Shown: positions 1 to 11,104, numbered from the whole stretch's first letter. The stretch: 62,823 nucleotides of DNA, filler included, from Chlamydiia bacterium (GCA_903848235.1; 9 parts of 9 records of this genome joined end to end with filler, not necessarily neighbours in it), one strand, 5' to 3'. The notes: a model not told the origin generated them from the letters alone. A program made the numbers and translations.

Positions 1-182
1 AATACTTTTGTCCAGACATACTCTGGTACTCTGACCAATATACCTAGAGAACAGCGTTACACAAGATGTAATTAACCAGTCAAATCTTCCAAGAAGAGAG
101 ATGTAAGTATCTTAATTTAACGCCGACTACTAACCATCTCCGGCAAATATGAAGAAACGGAAAAATCAGAGGTGAAAGAGAT

Positions 183-1448
183 ATGAGAAGAATGGCAGCA
201 CTTATAAGGTTCACTCAATGCACAAGAATTATTTTCACGATTCTCTTCTTTGCAGTAATGGGGTTCCTGCTTGACGCCTCCATTTCTTCTGCTGCTCAAG
301 TCAAGAACTTTAAGGCAAAGCGGTCAGGCACGGATATTGTCTTTACATTTGATGTTGCTGGAGAGAAAGGCGAACGAGAGACAGTGATCATGGTCTTGAT
401 CACAGGGGATGGCAAGGAGTACACGAATGCCGATCTCCACGTCAAAGGCAACTATGAAAAGGTCAAAATCGGTAAGAATAAAAAGATCATCTGGGATGTG
501 ACCAAGGATTTTCCAAAAGGCTTTGATGCAATCAAGGACTGGGGGGTTGAGATCACGGCGGATCAGGAAAAGATAGCAACACTGAAAAAGAAAGCCGTGG
601 AAGAGAAAAAAAGGAAGGCATTGGAAGAGGAACAGCGCAGGATCGCCGAGGAGAAAAGGAGAGCGGGCCTGGAACTGATTAAAGCGGCTGCAAGTAATGA
701 CTTCTCCCGTGTGAAGGCCCTCATTGAGGGCAGGGTGGATGTGAACGCCAGGGACAATGATGGTAGAACGGCTCTTATGTGGGCATCTGAAAAGGGCTTC
801 ACCGAAGTGGTACGGGCCCTAATCGCAGCTAGGGTATACGTCAATGCCAAAGACAAAAATGGGTATGGCGAAAATGATGCACTTAGGCTGGCAACAAGCA
901 AAGGTCAAGTCGAAGTGGTGAAGGCACTCATTGCAGCCGGGGCGGATTTGAATACGAGGGACGATTATTCTAGAGAATCTTCGCTTTGGAAGGCATCAAA
1001 AAAAGGCCATGTCGAGGTCGTGAAGGCCCTCGTTGCAGCCGGGGCTAATGTGAATACTTGGGACTCAGATCGCACCCCTGCACTTATAGAAGCAACGGAA
1101 GGCGGCCACACTGAGGTGGTGAAGGCCCTCATTGCGGGCAGGGTGAATGTGAATGCCGAGGACAAAAGTACAAGGACGTCACTTATGTATGCAGCAGAAA
1201 ATGGTTACATCGAGATTGTGAAGGTCCTCATTGCAGCCAAGGCGAATGTGAACGCCGAGGCCCGGAATAGTAGGAGGGCAATTTATTTAGCTGCCGACGG
1301 CGGGCACACCGAAGTGGTAAAGGCACTCATTGCAGCCGGGGCGGATGTGAACGCCGGAGGCAAATACGCTTCGGCGCTTAAAACAGCAAAGAAAAGGGGG
1401 CACACTGATATTGTGCAGGCCCTAATAGCGGCTGGGGCGAATGAATAG
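183..1448 (+). CDS. Exported ankyrin-repeat protein (signal peptide, beta-rich N-terminal domain, coiled coil, about 8 ANK repeats)
   Basis: Repeated TALxxA..GHxEVVKALIAAGADVNA motifs; hydrophobic N-terminus ending SSAAQ; EEKKRKALEEEQRR linker. Confidence 0.9.
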   Translation: MRRMAALIRFTQCTRIIFTILFFAVMGFLLDASISSAAQVKNFKAKRSGTDIVFTFDVAGEKGERETVIMVLITGDGKEYTNADLHVKGNYEKVKIGKNKKIIWDVTKDFPKGFDAIKDWGVEITADQEKIATLKKKAVEEKKRKALEEEQRRIAEEKRRAGLELIKAAASNDFSRVKALIEGRVDVNARDNDGRTALMWASEKGFTEVVRALIAARVYVNAKDKNGYGENDALRLATSKGQVEVVKALIAAGADLNTRDDYSRESSLWKASKKGHVEVVKALVAAGANVNTWDSDRTPALIEATEGGHTEVVKALIAGRVNVNAEDKSTRTSLMYAAENGYIEIVKVLIAAKANVNAEARNSRRAIYLAADGGHTEVVKALIAAGADVNAGGKYASALKTAKKRGHTDIVQALIAAGANE

Positions 1449-1782
1449 TCCGATGAAAGGGAAGCACCCAAAAAAACAGCTCCGTAGGCATGGAACTGAG
1501 GTCGGAGGAACTGCGTTCATCCCACTCACGGGTGGTTTTTAGGGACTTCAATCATTCAACGCTGTTTCCTTCTTGCCATCAGAAGCGGGTGTTGGAATTC
1601 GGGAGTGGCTATTGCATAGTTACATTGTTAATCGATAAACTTTAACCGCATAGATTCTGTTTGTAGGTGACGGCAGTTTTTTTGCATCCACCTTTTTTCT
1701 GAATAAGGTTTAGCTGATTACCAAGATAAAGGTGGAAATGCTTGATGGCTTAATTTCAGTTCGTGTAAAATGCGTAGCCATG

Positions 1783-1882
1783 NNNNNNNNNNNNNNNNNN
1801 NNNNNNNNNNNNNNNNNNNNNNNNNNTTAATTAATTAANNNNNNNNNNNNNNNNNNNNNNNNNNNNNNNNNNNNNNNNNNNN
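1783..1882. other. Artificial contig spacer (N44-TTAATTAATTAA-N44); also at 5138-5237, 11105-11204, 21123-21222, 28749-28848, 33212-33311, 36960-37059, 57986-58085
   Basis: Eight identical 100-bp N blocks containing a six-frame stop linker. Confidence 0.98.
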
Positions 1883-3197
1883 ACAGGGCGCCATTGATCT
1901 CATGAAGGTCGATGTAGAGGATGTTGGTATTTGCAGGGCAGGCTCCTTCTCTAAAGATGGTGGGAAGGAGGTTTTTCAGTGTTGTAAACTGGGTGTACTC
2001 AATGTTTGAAATGGCAGCTTCTACTGTAACACCAGACTTTTTCATCGACAGCACATTCAGCCCTTCGGCGAAGCCTGGCTTGCTCGGGCATGAGAGGAAG
2101 CCAAAGGCCTTGTGGTGTGACAGTCCATAGCCTATTAGCGCGGGAAGCGCTTGGTCTAAGCCCGCTAAGGGATTATTGACCTGGCGGACGATTGCAGCGT
2201 CAATGCCATGGAAGGTAAGCCATTTTACAGCACCGGTATCTTCTGCGAGCTTCCAGATGACACCATGGCCGCCGGGTTTTAAGGCCAGCTCTAATGGAGC
2301 TGCCATTGCATATTGCCCTTCAGTATCTATGACGGGGACTAGAGGTTGTACCATACGGCGAATAGCATTCTGGTTGTGTCCAAACCAATTCGCCTCTTTC
2401 CCCATCACCTCTATGTGGTGATCGTTATTTTTCTCTTTCGATGTCATGATAAGAATTGGCATCGTCACCTGGTTTCCAAACACTCTGTAATGCCAGTATT
2501 CTTGAGCTTCTACGTCTCTCATCAGTCCTTCAAAGAGCGAGCGGCCGCAGAAAAGCAAGCGTGCTGCGGGAAGAGGCTCCTTGGTGGACTCGTCAATAAG
2601 GTTAAGCCTGTCGCCGGCTCCTCCCAATGCAAAGATAGAGGCGGCACTCCCTAGCTTTTCTACTCCCGCATAACAGGCAGACCACACATCAGGAGTGGGT
2701 GTTCTGATATCTTGGAATGGCGGTGGTGAATATTGCTCTGCATCAATTGGGGTCTCAGAGGTCGTCATCAGATTGATGACTGTTGTATGGTAGCCTAAAA
2801 GGCCGCCGATTGGCGTATAGAATTTTTCGATGTCCGCTAATGTTGAGGCGAGTTTGTGAAGCGCCTCTTGCTTGTTTTTGATGGTGTCAAAACCATTGAA
2901 TACCGTGTCGTACTGATCTAAGGCGATGATCAGCGCGAGGGCATACGCTTCTTCACGACTTGCTGTTCCTAGGAAACGGGTGAGTTCTGGGTTTTTCTGA
3001 AGGATAGGGGTGTAGGTATTATTTTCCATCAGGACATTGGTGCGCTCGAAGGTGTCTTTGCACCCGCCAACCTGAAGCGTCACTTCTTCAGCACGGGCTT
3101 TGGCTTTCAGAAGTGCTGGAGAGCTGTCTACTGATGGGAGCCACGCTGTTATAGCAACGGCACAGGTGACGACAAGGGCAGAGATCCATTTTATCAT
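1883..3197 (-). CDS. UTP--glucose-1-phosphate uridylyltransferase, chlamydial/plant UGP3-like (3' truncated by contig end)
   Basis: ALGGAGDRL, ILIMTS, KPGGHG, VRQVNNP and SNIEY motifs; start moved to ATG 3197 after AAGGAGG RBS. Confidence 0.8.
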
Positions 3198-3253
3198 GCG
3201 TTTTTCCTCCTTAGGAGTTGGGCGAGAATAAAGCAAACGAGCCATCGATCTGC

Positions 3254-4039
3254 TTATGCAACTAGCACACAGAGGCCAAGGGCAATGCGATACCAGGCAA
3301 AAGGGGTGAATCCAAAACGGTCGATGCAATTTACAAGAGGACGGAAGACAAGAAGCGAAGAGATAAAGGCAGTCATGAATCCAATGCTTAAAACAGAGAG
3401 AAGGTCGGTTGTCAAAAGATGGCGGTGTGAAAAAAGATCGTAGATGCCGGCTCCTAGGAGGATTGGCACGGCGAGCAGAAATGAAAATTCTGTTGCCGCA
3501 CGGCGGCTCATCCCTACGAGAACTCCTGAGGCAATGGTAGCGCCAGATCGGGAGACGCCCGGGACTAAGGCCAGCGCTTGTGCTGTGCCAACCCACGAGG
3601 CTTGCCGTGCGCTGATCGCCTCAGGGTGATGGCATGTAATGACGCTTCGTTGGCGTTCTATCCATAGGAAGATAATGCCGCCTAGGATTAACGAAGAAGC
3701 AACGGTCAGGCTGTTGTAGAGGCATGTCTTGATGAGATCGTGAAACAAAAATCCTGCAGCGGCAGCTGGAATGGTGGCTAAAGAGAGGATGAAGAAGAAT
3801 CGCCGGTCTTCAGGGGAGGAGGAGAAGTGCTGTACGGGGCGCAGGAGCCGTCCGAAGTAGGCACATAATACTGCAAGGGCACTCCCAAGTTGAACGACAA
3901 CTTCAAAAAGCTTGCCAGGGGGGCCTTGGAACTGGAGGGCCTTTTCAAATAAGATAAGATGTCCCGTCGAGGAAATTGGTAGGAATTCGGTGAGGCCCTG
4001 GATGATACCAAGAAGAGCTGAAGAGATGAGGGAATCCAC
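3254..4039 (-). CDS. uppP: Undecaprenyl-diphosphatase
   Basis: GIIQGLTEFLPISSTGH and PGVSRSGAT motifs; GTG at 4039 after AAGGAG. Confidence 0.95.
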   Translation of the reverse strand: MDSLISSALLGIIQGLTEFLPISSTGHLILFEKALQFQGPPGKLFEVVVQLGSALAVLCAYFGRLLRPVQHFSSSPEDRRFFFILSLATIPAAAAGFLFHDLIKTCLYNSLTVASSLILGGIIFLWIERQRSVITCHHPEAISARQASWVGTAQALALVPGVSRSGATIASGVLVGMSRRAATEFSFLLAVPILLGAGIYDLFSHRHLLTTDLLSVLSIGFMTAFISSLLVFRPLVNCIDRFGFTPFAWYRIALGLCVLVA

Positions 4040-4246
4040 AAAACTCCTTTTTGGTGTGCTGTGCTGAGCTTGACTTGGCAAAATGGTCTACGGAAAACAT
4101 ATTTCAAGCAAGGGGAAACAGTGTGCTTGCATTCATGATCAGCGATTGCGAAAAAATTATATTTTGATAATTACTGTGGCTTTTTTCGAAAAAAATTGAC
4201 ATATACACAAGCCAATTATAGAAAGAAAATAAAATAGAGGTTGTGT

Positions 4247-5047
4247 ATGACAGGAGATGTAACATTAGATAGTAGCATGTCAGGCCAGACTGATGAGAGA
4301 TTAAGAGGATCGCAAGGGGAGGGGCAACTTCAGGGGCGAAGCGTGGTAATGGACCAGCAAACCGTTCGCCATTTGAGAGGCATTATTGATGAAATACAAA
4401 ATATTAAGGTAGCTACTCTCGCCGATCTGGATGTCTGCATTGGCAGGGTGACTGAGGCGCCTATCTCTGGAGAGATCCTTGCGGCAATAAGAACGCGCCG
4501 GCAATTTCTTGGTCTTGGGGACAGAGTTATTGAACAGAAAAGTGTTCAGGAAGAGCTTCAAACAATAAAAACATTGCTCGAAAACTGGATTGACCCGCGT
4601 CGAGTAGTAGCATTTCGCAAAGACAATTGTTCTCCCAAGCAAGTACAAGCGGTATATGCAATTCTAAGAAGATATTCGATAGGATTTCTCGATGATGAGT
4701 GGAACGCCTTGCCTCGAAATGTAGCGGATGAAGTAGATTACGATAAATACATACAATTTTTAAAAGTGCGTAAATTTGAGGTCACTCAAGAAAGCAGTAT
4801 TGCCGATCAAATTCAGCAGCAGGCAGAACGTCGTTTTTTAGTTAGTATTTGGACGGAGTACAAGGCGCTTTTTCCAGAACTTGCGCAACGGTATCCCTTT
4901 TTTCAAAATGAACCTTCGATCGAGGGTTATAGATCCTTTATTCACTCGTTCAATGCTGATTATCATGTGTCTTTATCTGATGAATTGTCCGGTGCCAATT
5001 ATCGTTCTTTTCCGGTTGGGCAGGGCTTTTTCCTTATAAATTCTTGA
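4247..5047 (+). CDS. Hypothetical protein (orphan, possible effector)
   Basis: Long ORF with GAGG RBS after an AT-rich intergenic region; no motif recognised. Confidence 0.55.
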   Translation: MTGDVTLDSSMSGQTDERLRGSQGEGQLQGRSVVMDQQTVRHLRGIIDEIQNIKVATLADLDVCIGRVTEAPISGEILAAIRTRRQFLGLGDRVIEQKSVQEELQTIKTLLENWIDPRRVVAFRKDNCSPKQVQAVYAILRRYSIGFLDDEWNALPRNVADEVDYDKYIQFLKVRKFEVTQESSIADQIQQQAERRFLVSIWTEYKALFPELAQRYPFFQNEPSIEGYRSFIHSFNADYHVSLSDELSGANYRSFPVGQGFFLINS

Positions 5048-5237
5048 CCGTTAAAATCTGATTTCAGACCATTCTTCGAACCTAAAAAAGGCAGGTGAAG
5101 AATGAAACAGAAACCGAAAGAATTTTATACAGAGATCNNNNNNNNNNNNNNNNNNNNNNNNNNNNNNNNNNNNNNNNNNNNTTAATTAATTAANNNNNNN
5201 NNNNNNNNNNNNNNNNNNNNNNNNNNNNNNNNNNNNN

Positions 5238-5976
5238 GTCATATGAGTATAACGTGAATGTCACCAGGTTTATCGTTGACGTTGCCCATTCTGTCGGGGT
5301 CTCTGTAGAAGGTGAGCTTGGCACAATAGGCTCTATTGAGAAAATGGGGGCTGGCGAACAAGAAGAGGGCCATGGTGCTGTTGGCAGGCTTACCTTAAGC
5401 CAGCTGCTGACAGACCCAGATCAGGCAGTAGACTTCGTCAAGAGGACTGGTGTTGACGCTTTGGCAGTTGCCATCGGCACAAGCCATGGAGCGTATAAAT
5501 TTTCAAAAGAGCCAACGAGCGAAGTGCTGGTCATCGATAGGATTCTCGAAATCCATAAGCGCATCCCCGATGTGCATCTTGTCATGCACGGCTCTTCATC
5601 AGTGCCTCAGGATCTCCTTCAAACGATAAACCGCAATGGCGGAGCTCTGCGTCAGGCATGGGGTGTCCCAGTATCTGAAATACAACGTGCTATAAAAGCC
5701 GGTGTCCGAAAGGTTAACGTCGATACTGATAACCGTCTTGCAATGACAGCGGCAATCCGCACCTTTTTCTTCGAACATCCTGATCAATTTGATCCGCGGA
5801 CGTATCTCCAAGAGGCGCGCACTGCTATCAAACATCTCTGCCGAGAACGTATGGAACAGTTCGGCCAGACAGGGCATGCTGCTGGAGTTCCGAGAATCAC
5901 CTGCGAAGAGATGGCCAAACGGTATGCCAGCGGCGTATACGGTGAAAACGCAAAACCGAGGCCTATCACAGGGTAA
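5238..5976 (+). CDS. fba: Fructose-bisphosphate aldolase class II (5' truncated)
   Basis: VEGELG, AIGTSHGAYKF, HLVMHGSSSVP, KVNVDTD motifs. Confidence 0.95.
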
Positions 5977-6033
5977 AAAAATGTGTGCTTTTAGGGACTC
6001 ACCGTGGAGTAAGAGACTGGGGAGAGTGGATAG

Positions 6034-7869
6034 GTGATTTTTCCTGTCCACGATAGTGGTGACATAGGCAATGGCACCATCCCTCACGGAGAGCAACAGA
6101 CCAGACGAATTGACATTGAAGGCGTAGGCTCCTTTGTCATCTCTACAGGGTCTGACGTGAAAAGAGAGCCGGGGGTCCATATAGAGGCCGCTCTCTCTCC
6201 ACACGAAGATCGCTCGTCGTTTGTGCATAGCGCTGTTGAAGGTGTTCGTGTGAACATTGTACAGCGCTTTTCTTCTTTGTCTCCTCCTCCAGAATCGCCA
6301 GGAAGCGGCGCGGTTGCGGAGGTACTGTGTCAACAGCCCCCTTCCTTTGCTTCAGAAGTGCTTTCACACCTACTCTCTCCTCATGCAGTCTCCCATGCAC
6401 ATGATCAGATTCAGTCGCTTGCTGCTTATGCAACAGCAGAGCTGAAAATAACAGATCCAAAAGCCATCTCCCTGTGCTGCTTGAAGCTTATCGAAAAAAT
6501 GGAACTATCGTCAGGAAAATCACTTTTTGCCCTTCGCTATTCCTTGATGCTTCGCATTGTTGAGGAGCGAATCGACATCCCCACGTGGAGGGTGTTTACA
6601 AAAGAGCCTGTTGCTGGGGTCTCCGTCTGGGATCATGTGATGGAACTGAAAAACTGGGTTCCGGAAGTGCGACAGCTGATGGCCCACTCCATCACGATGG
6701 GGGTAATCCGCGGCAGAGGGTTAGCAGAAGGGGCGCAGAGCATCATGCCAACTCTTGAATTGGCAAAAGGAGGCTTTGGCGCTGGGAAGACATCGTTTCT
6801 CACAAGAGAGCATGGAAGCTCCTCTGTAGGCGTTGTTGCTCCTGACAGAATGAAAGGGGAGCTTCAGCATTTCATTCCTGGGGCTTCTAGCGGCCAAGTT
6901 CATATTCAAAGTTCTGTCCTTGCCAACGCTTTGTTTAATGAGCTGAACAGGTCCGTACAAGGACGTGTTGTCTACGATTCGGCAATGACGGACCCAGAGT
7001 ATCTAGGAAGCTTTCTTCAAAAGGCCCATGAAACAGGAAAAGCAGCGGTCATAAATGACATCGTACGAACAGACATGGTACGGGCTCTTGCTGTGTTAGG
7101 TAGAAAGATTGGTGGAGAAGATCCAAATATTCCCGTCTTTCACGTTATCAGTGCTACAGTTGAAGATTTTGCAACACGACGCCGCTGTATTGCCCTTGCC
7201 GTAATTCCAAAAGAGCTCCTTGGCCCGGATACCGTCCCTTGTCAGATTGACTACTGCCTATACCTTGGGGATGAGATGGGAGGATTTGCCGAGGATGGCG
7301 TTCGCATGCGGTATGTGCAAGACCCTGAAGAGCATTGTACTGTAGAATATATCTACGGATCAGAAGATCTTTCAGAAGAAGAAAAAGCACGCACGAGATC
7401 GCGGATCGACACCCAGCTTCAGGCACTTGATATATCCCTGACTCCAGAAGGGATGTCAGGGGTTAGCAGCGTGGATGAAGAGAGGAGGAAAGAGGTAAAA
7501 CGCAAGGAGCTTTGTGCTGCCTTCGTCTGCCCAGTAGCGGATGTCATGACAGGTCCTCCCTCTCAACAGAAATCCATGATACAAACGTGTAAATGTCGCT
7601 GCCTTGTCAAAGACGAAGCAGCTCAGCAGTGCTCTTCATGGGAAGAGTTTTCGATGCTCATGCAAGATCCGTATGTCAGGTCAGTATTTTTGGATACGCT
7701 GCATGCTTTACAGCGGCCCCCGGCAGAGGTATACCCGAAGTGGGAAGATCAGCACCGGATCGCTGAGAAATTGATGAGAGGAGAAAAGGTCTCCTATCTA
7801 GATATCCCATTGGCTCTTGCCATAGAGATGAATTCTAGGCTCAAAGAGGATCCATGGGCAGCTGAATAA
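6034..7869 (+). CDS. Large hypothetical protein with a central zeta-toxin-like P-loop kinase domain
   Basis: Walker A GGFGAGKT, followed by VAPDxMK, VVYDS and RAL..GR motifs in zeta/AAA_33-like spacing; S/P-rich N-terminus. Confidence 0.6.
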   Translation: MIFPVHDSGDIGNGTIPHGEQQTRRIDIEGVGSFVISTGSDVKREPGVHIEAALSPHEDRSSFVHSAVEGVRVNIVQRFSSLSPPPESPGSGAVAEVLCQQPPSFASEVLSHLLSPHAVSHAHDQIQSLAAYATAELKITDPKAISLCCLKLIEKMELSSGKSLFALRYSLMLRIVEERIDIPTWRVFTKEPVAGVSVWDHVMELKNWVPEVRQLMAHSITMGVIRGRGLAEGAQSIMPTLELAKGGFGAGKTSFLTREHGSSSVGVVAPDRMKGELQHFIPGASSGQVHIQSSVLANALFNELNRSVQGRVVYDSAMTDPEYLGSFLQKAHETGKAAVINDIVRTDMVRALAVLGRKIGGEDPNIPVFHVISATVEDFATRRRCIALAVIPKELLGPDTVPCQIDYCLYLGDEMGGFAEDGVRMRYVQDPEEHCTVEYIYGSEDLSEEEKARTRSRIDTQLQALDISLTPEGMSGVSSVDEERRKEVKRKELCAAFVCPVADVMTGPPSQQKSMIQTCKCRCLVKDEAAQQCSSWEEFSMLMQDPYVRSVFLDTLHALQRPPAEVYPKWEDQHRIAEKLMRGEKVSYLDIPLALAIEMNSRLKEDPWAAE

Positions 7870-7873
7870 TTTC

Positions 7874-8332
7874 ATGAGGCTTTTGCTAAGTAGGTTTTCG
7901 TTTATGGCAAGTATACAAGCGAGTTTTCAACAACTGCCGAATGTTATCCAAGAAGCGCTCAGTGGGTTTCCGGATCGTCTCGAATTGGCATTGCCTGAAT
8001 TATCCGGCGCACCTCCATACTCTTCAAAAGATACAGGGCGTTTTGGAATAATCGTTATTTATCAGAAGAGCAAGAGCCCAGGGGACCTGTATATCCGAAG
8101 AAACTACATGAATGAAAAAGTCGAAAAAATCGCTGATTCGTCAGTTGCCTTTCTCTCTCCCATCCTTCACGTAGAAGATTGTGAATCTCCTGAAGCTAAT
8201 ACTAAAGGGAGCTATACTATTTCTCGGTTAGGATGGAAGGTGCAGAGGGGAGGGCAGGGGAGTGGCGAGGCTCATGAAGAACTTTTTTCCACGCTACAAA
8301 GCCTTATTTCGCAGAATATCGTCAGTCCCTAA
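7874..8332 (+). CDS. Hypothetical protein
   Basis: ORF between co-oriented genes; no motif recognised. Confidence 0.5.
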   Translation: MRLLLSRFSFMASIQASFQQLPNVIQEALSGFPDRLELALPELSGAPPYSSKDTGRFGIIVIYQKSKSPGDLYIRRNYMNEKVEKIADSSVAFLSPILHVEDCESPEANTKGSYTISRLGWKVQRGGQGSGEAHEELFSTLQSLISQNIVSP

Positions 8333-8418
8333 ATTCCAGCTGAGAACGCAAAAAAATTGATAGCTAAACAACCATTGTGCGACGTATTTTTAATGGTTTT
8401 CCGTTTATTGGAGGTTAC

Positions 8419-9324
8419 ATGATTGGTCGAAATGACGATTGCTGGTGTGGAAGTGGAAAGAAATGGAAGAAATGCCATTTCCCACGCACTCAGAATTGGG
8501 ATGAGCCTTTTGAAGAGATCTCACGACGATATTTCAAACAGTGGGGGATTCTCCTGAAGACTCCTCATCAGATCGCTGGGATACGGCGGGCGAGCCACTT
8601 AGCAGCGAAGATCCTCGATGAGGTAGCAGTCTTGGCACAAGAGGGTGTCACCACGAACTACCTCAATGATGTCGCTTATAAGAAAGCCCTCGACGCAGGA
8701 GCTGTCCCAGCATCGCTAGGGTATGGAAAGCCGCCGTTCCCAAAGAGTATTTGTACGTCATTAAATGAAGTGATCTGCCATGGGATCCCAAATGACATCC
8801 CGCTTCGACGCGGAGACATCCTCAATATCGATAATGCTGTGATCCTTGACGGCTATTTTGGAGATTGCGGGAAGATGGTTGCTATCGGCCCGGTGACGGC
8901 TGATAAAAAGCTGGTGTTTGATATCTCGCTGGCCTCTTTGAAGGCTGCAGCAGCCATCTTAAAGCCCGGGGTTCTTATCAGCGCTATTGGAGAGGTTATC
9001 ACAGATGTCGCTGAGGCTGCAGGGTGTAGTGTCGTCACCCAGTTCGTCGGCCATGGGGTCGGTATTCGATATCATGAGCCCCCTCATGTCCCTCACTGCA
9101 TAAATGATGTTGATATCCCTCTTGCCCCTGGGATGACGTTTACCATTGAGCCAATGATTAATTTTGGCAGCCTTGATATGGTCGTCGATCCTGTCGACAA
9201 GTGGACAGCACGGACGGCTGACGGGAAGCCATCAGCACAATGGGAATATGCCTTCTTGATCACGAAGGATGGCGTAGAGATTTTGACACCGTGGACCGAG
9301 ACGTCTTGTGAAGCCGAAAGGTAA
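8419..9324 (+). CDS. map: Methionine aminopeptidase type I with N-terminal SEC-C motif
   Basis: GRNDDCWCGSGKKWKKCH, CHGIP, GHGVG..HE and FTIEP motifs; GGAGG RBS before ATG 8419. Confidence 0.95.
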   Translation: MIGRNDDCWCGSGKKWKKCHFPRTQNWDEPFEEISRRYFKQWGILLKTPHQIAGIRRASHLAAKILDEVAVLAQEGVTTNYLNDVAYKKALDAGAVPASLGYGKPPFPKSICTSLNEVICHGIPNDIPLRRGDILNIDNAVILDGYFGDCGKMVAIGPVTADKKLVFDISLASLKAAAAILKPGVLISAIGEVITDVAEAAGCSVVTQFVGHGVGIRYHEPPHVPHCINDVDIPLAPGMTFTIEPMINFGSLDMVVDPVDKWTARTADGKPSAQWEYAFLITKDGVEILTPWTETSCEAER

Positions 9325-10102
9325 TAGACATGAAAAGAGGAAACTCTTTTCTCGCCTTATTTTCCCAACCTGCTGCAGATCCTGTGCTGTACTTCGGGGA
9401 ACACCATTCATCAATGGTCTCTATGACAAAACCTGAAGCATGGCTCATGGCAGTATACTCGCTGAGGGGAACGTGAAATGACATTGTTGTCGACGCGTTC
9501 TTCCCCGGATGGGTGACAATAGGAATTCGTAGCGGTGTCATATAGGAAAACAGTTCTCGTGTCTGTGTCTTTGTCTTTTCATCGAAATTCCAACGGCTCT
9601 GCCTCGGTATTCTATAATACGGATGGTTGAGGACGAAGACGGCAATACCACCGTCCCGAAGGACTTTTGACAGCTCTTCAAAAATAATCGCTGGGTCTTC
9701 AATGTTTTGAAGTACAAGGATGCACGCAGCATGCGAGAAGAGCGGCTCTTTAGCAAGTGGCCACGGACGGGTGAGATCTGCGTGGATGAAGGAGTGAGAG
9801 GGCGATGGTTGATACTGGGCTGCAGATGTCAGAAGCGGCTTTGCAATGTCGATGCCCACATACTCTACCTTCTTCGGGATGACACGAGAGAGCACCCCTT
9901 GCCCGCACCCTATATCCAGGAGTCGGTCTTTGTCATGTAAGGATAGGGCGCGAAGGACGTTAGGGAGTATCACCTCACGGTGGTAGTAGTGCCCCTTTTC
10001 TCCTACGATTGAGTCGTACCATTCACTTACCGGCTTCCACGATGTTTGATGCTGTGTCGGCGGTCTGTTTTTCGGGGGCCTGTGATCTGTCTTTTTCTCC
10101 AT
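9260..10102 (-). CDS. Class I SAM-dependent methyltransferase
   Basis: LLDIGCGQG motif I, YVGIDI, VLNHP. Confidence 0.85.
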   Translation of the reverse strand: MEKKTDHRPPKNRPPTQHQTSWKPVSEWYDSIVGEKGHYYHREVILPNVLRALSLHDKDRLLDIGCGQGVLSRVIPKKVEYVGIDIAKPLLTSAAQYQPSPSHSFIHADLTRPWPLAKEPLFSHAACILVLQNIEDPAIIFEELSKVLRDGGIAVFVLNHPYYRIPRQSRWNFDEKTKTQTRELFSYMTPLRIPIVTHPGKNASTTMSFHVPLSEYTAMSHASGFVIETIDEWCSPKYSTGSAAGWENKARKEFPLFMSITFRLHKTSRSTVSKSLRHPS

Positions 10103-10573
10103 GGAAACACTCTTTTTTCAAGAGTATACAAAAGAGTCGAAAGAATTGGAATTTACAAAATTTGCACATGCCGGTAAATGCATTCGCCAATTTTACGTTG
10201 AAAAAGTGACATGCCGCTTCTACACACTGTTTGTGACAAACATGAACCGTGAGGCGTAGCAAGAACATGTCACTCGAGGATTTTATCAAGCGATTTTTTG
10301 TATCATAGACGATGAGTTAAAAAAACTTTTGTGAAACCAAAGGCTTCGACAAAGAGGATTTTTGCGATAAAACAAGGTCTTTCCTCAAAAAAAAGTTTTT
10401 TGATTTCAATGATTGACGACAATCGAGTCTATCGCTTAGTACAATTGAAAAACGTTGCTGTTGTTGATGAACGAAAAAAAAGCACTTTATACGATCGAGC
10501 AGTCTTAGCTCGACTTTGCAGATGCGTATAGAGCCTGCGCTTTTAGAATGCGAAAAGTGCGCATTCTTAACAC

Positions 10574-11104
10574 ATGAGGAGAGGGTTAATGAGTTATAGT
10601 TTTTTGAAATTACTCTGTTTTTGCTGCTTTATGCATGCCTCCTTTCTGCAAGCAAGCTGGCCAGCCCCTGCTGCCCCCGTTGACATCTCCGAGACAGGTG
10701 GAGATGCCTCCGTTCCTCAAATTGCCATCGATGCTTCCGGCAAGGCAACAGCAGTTTGGGAGCGACACAATGGAACCAACAATATTATTCAAGCGTCTAC
10801 GCAGACCTCGCCAGGTGTCTGGCCAGATCCTGCTACCTCTGTTGACCTCTCCGCGGCAAGTGGATATGTTTACGATCCTCAAATTGCCATCGATGCTTCC
10901 GGCAAGGCAACAGCAGTATGGTGTCGAGCCAGTGGATCCAACTATATTATCCAAGCGTCTACGCAGACCTCGCCAGGTGTCTGGCCAGATCCTGCTGCCC
11001 CTGTTGACCTCTCCGAGACAGATGGATATGCTTACTACCCTCAAATTGCCATCGATGCTTCCGGCAAGGCAACAGCAGTATGGGAGCGATACAATGGAAC
11101 CAAC
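10574..11104 (+). CDS. Exported repeat protein with 54-aa repeats, probably beta-propeller/BNR-like (3' truncated)
   Basis: Signal peptide; PQIAIDASGKATAVW occurs three times. Confidence 0.75.
10658..11104 (+). repeat. Intragenic 162-bp tandem repeat (at least 2.7 units)
   Basis: caaattgccatcgatgcttccggcaaggcaacagcagt at 10718, 10880 and 11042. Confidence 0.95.

Noticed and set aside
3198..3596. N-terminal 133 aa of the 589-aa ORF
   Set aside because: Overlaps uppP in another frame; the RBS supports a start at 3197
10658..11104. Regularly spaced repeats resembling a CRISPR array or DGR repeats
   Set aside because: The period is 162 bp (54 codons) inside an ORF with no unique spacers; no cas or reverse transcriptase gene in the window
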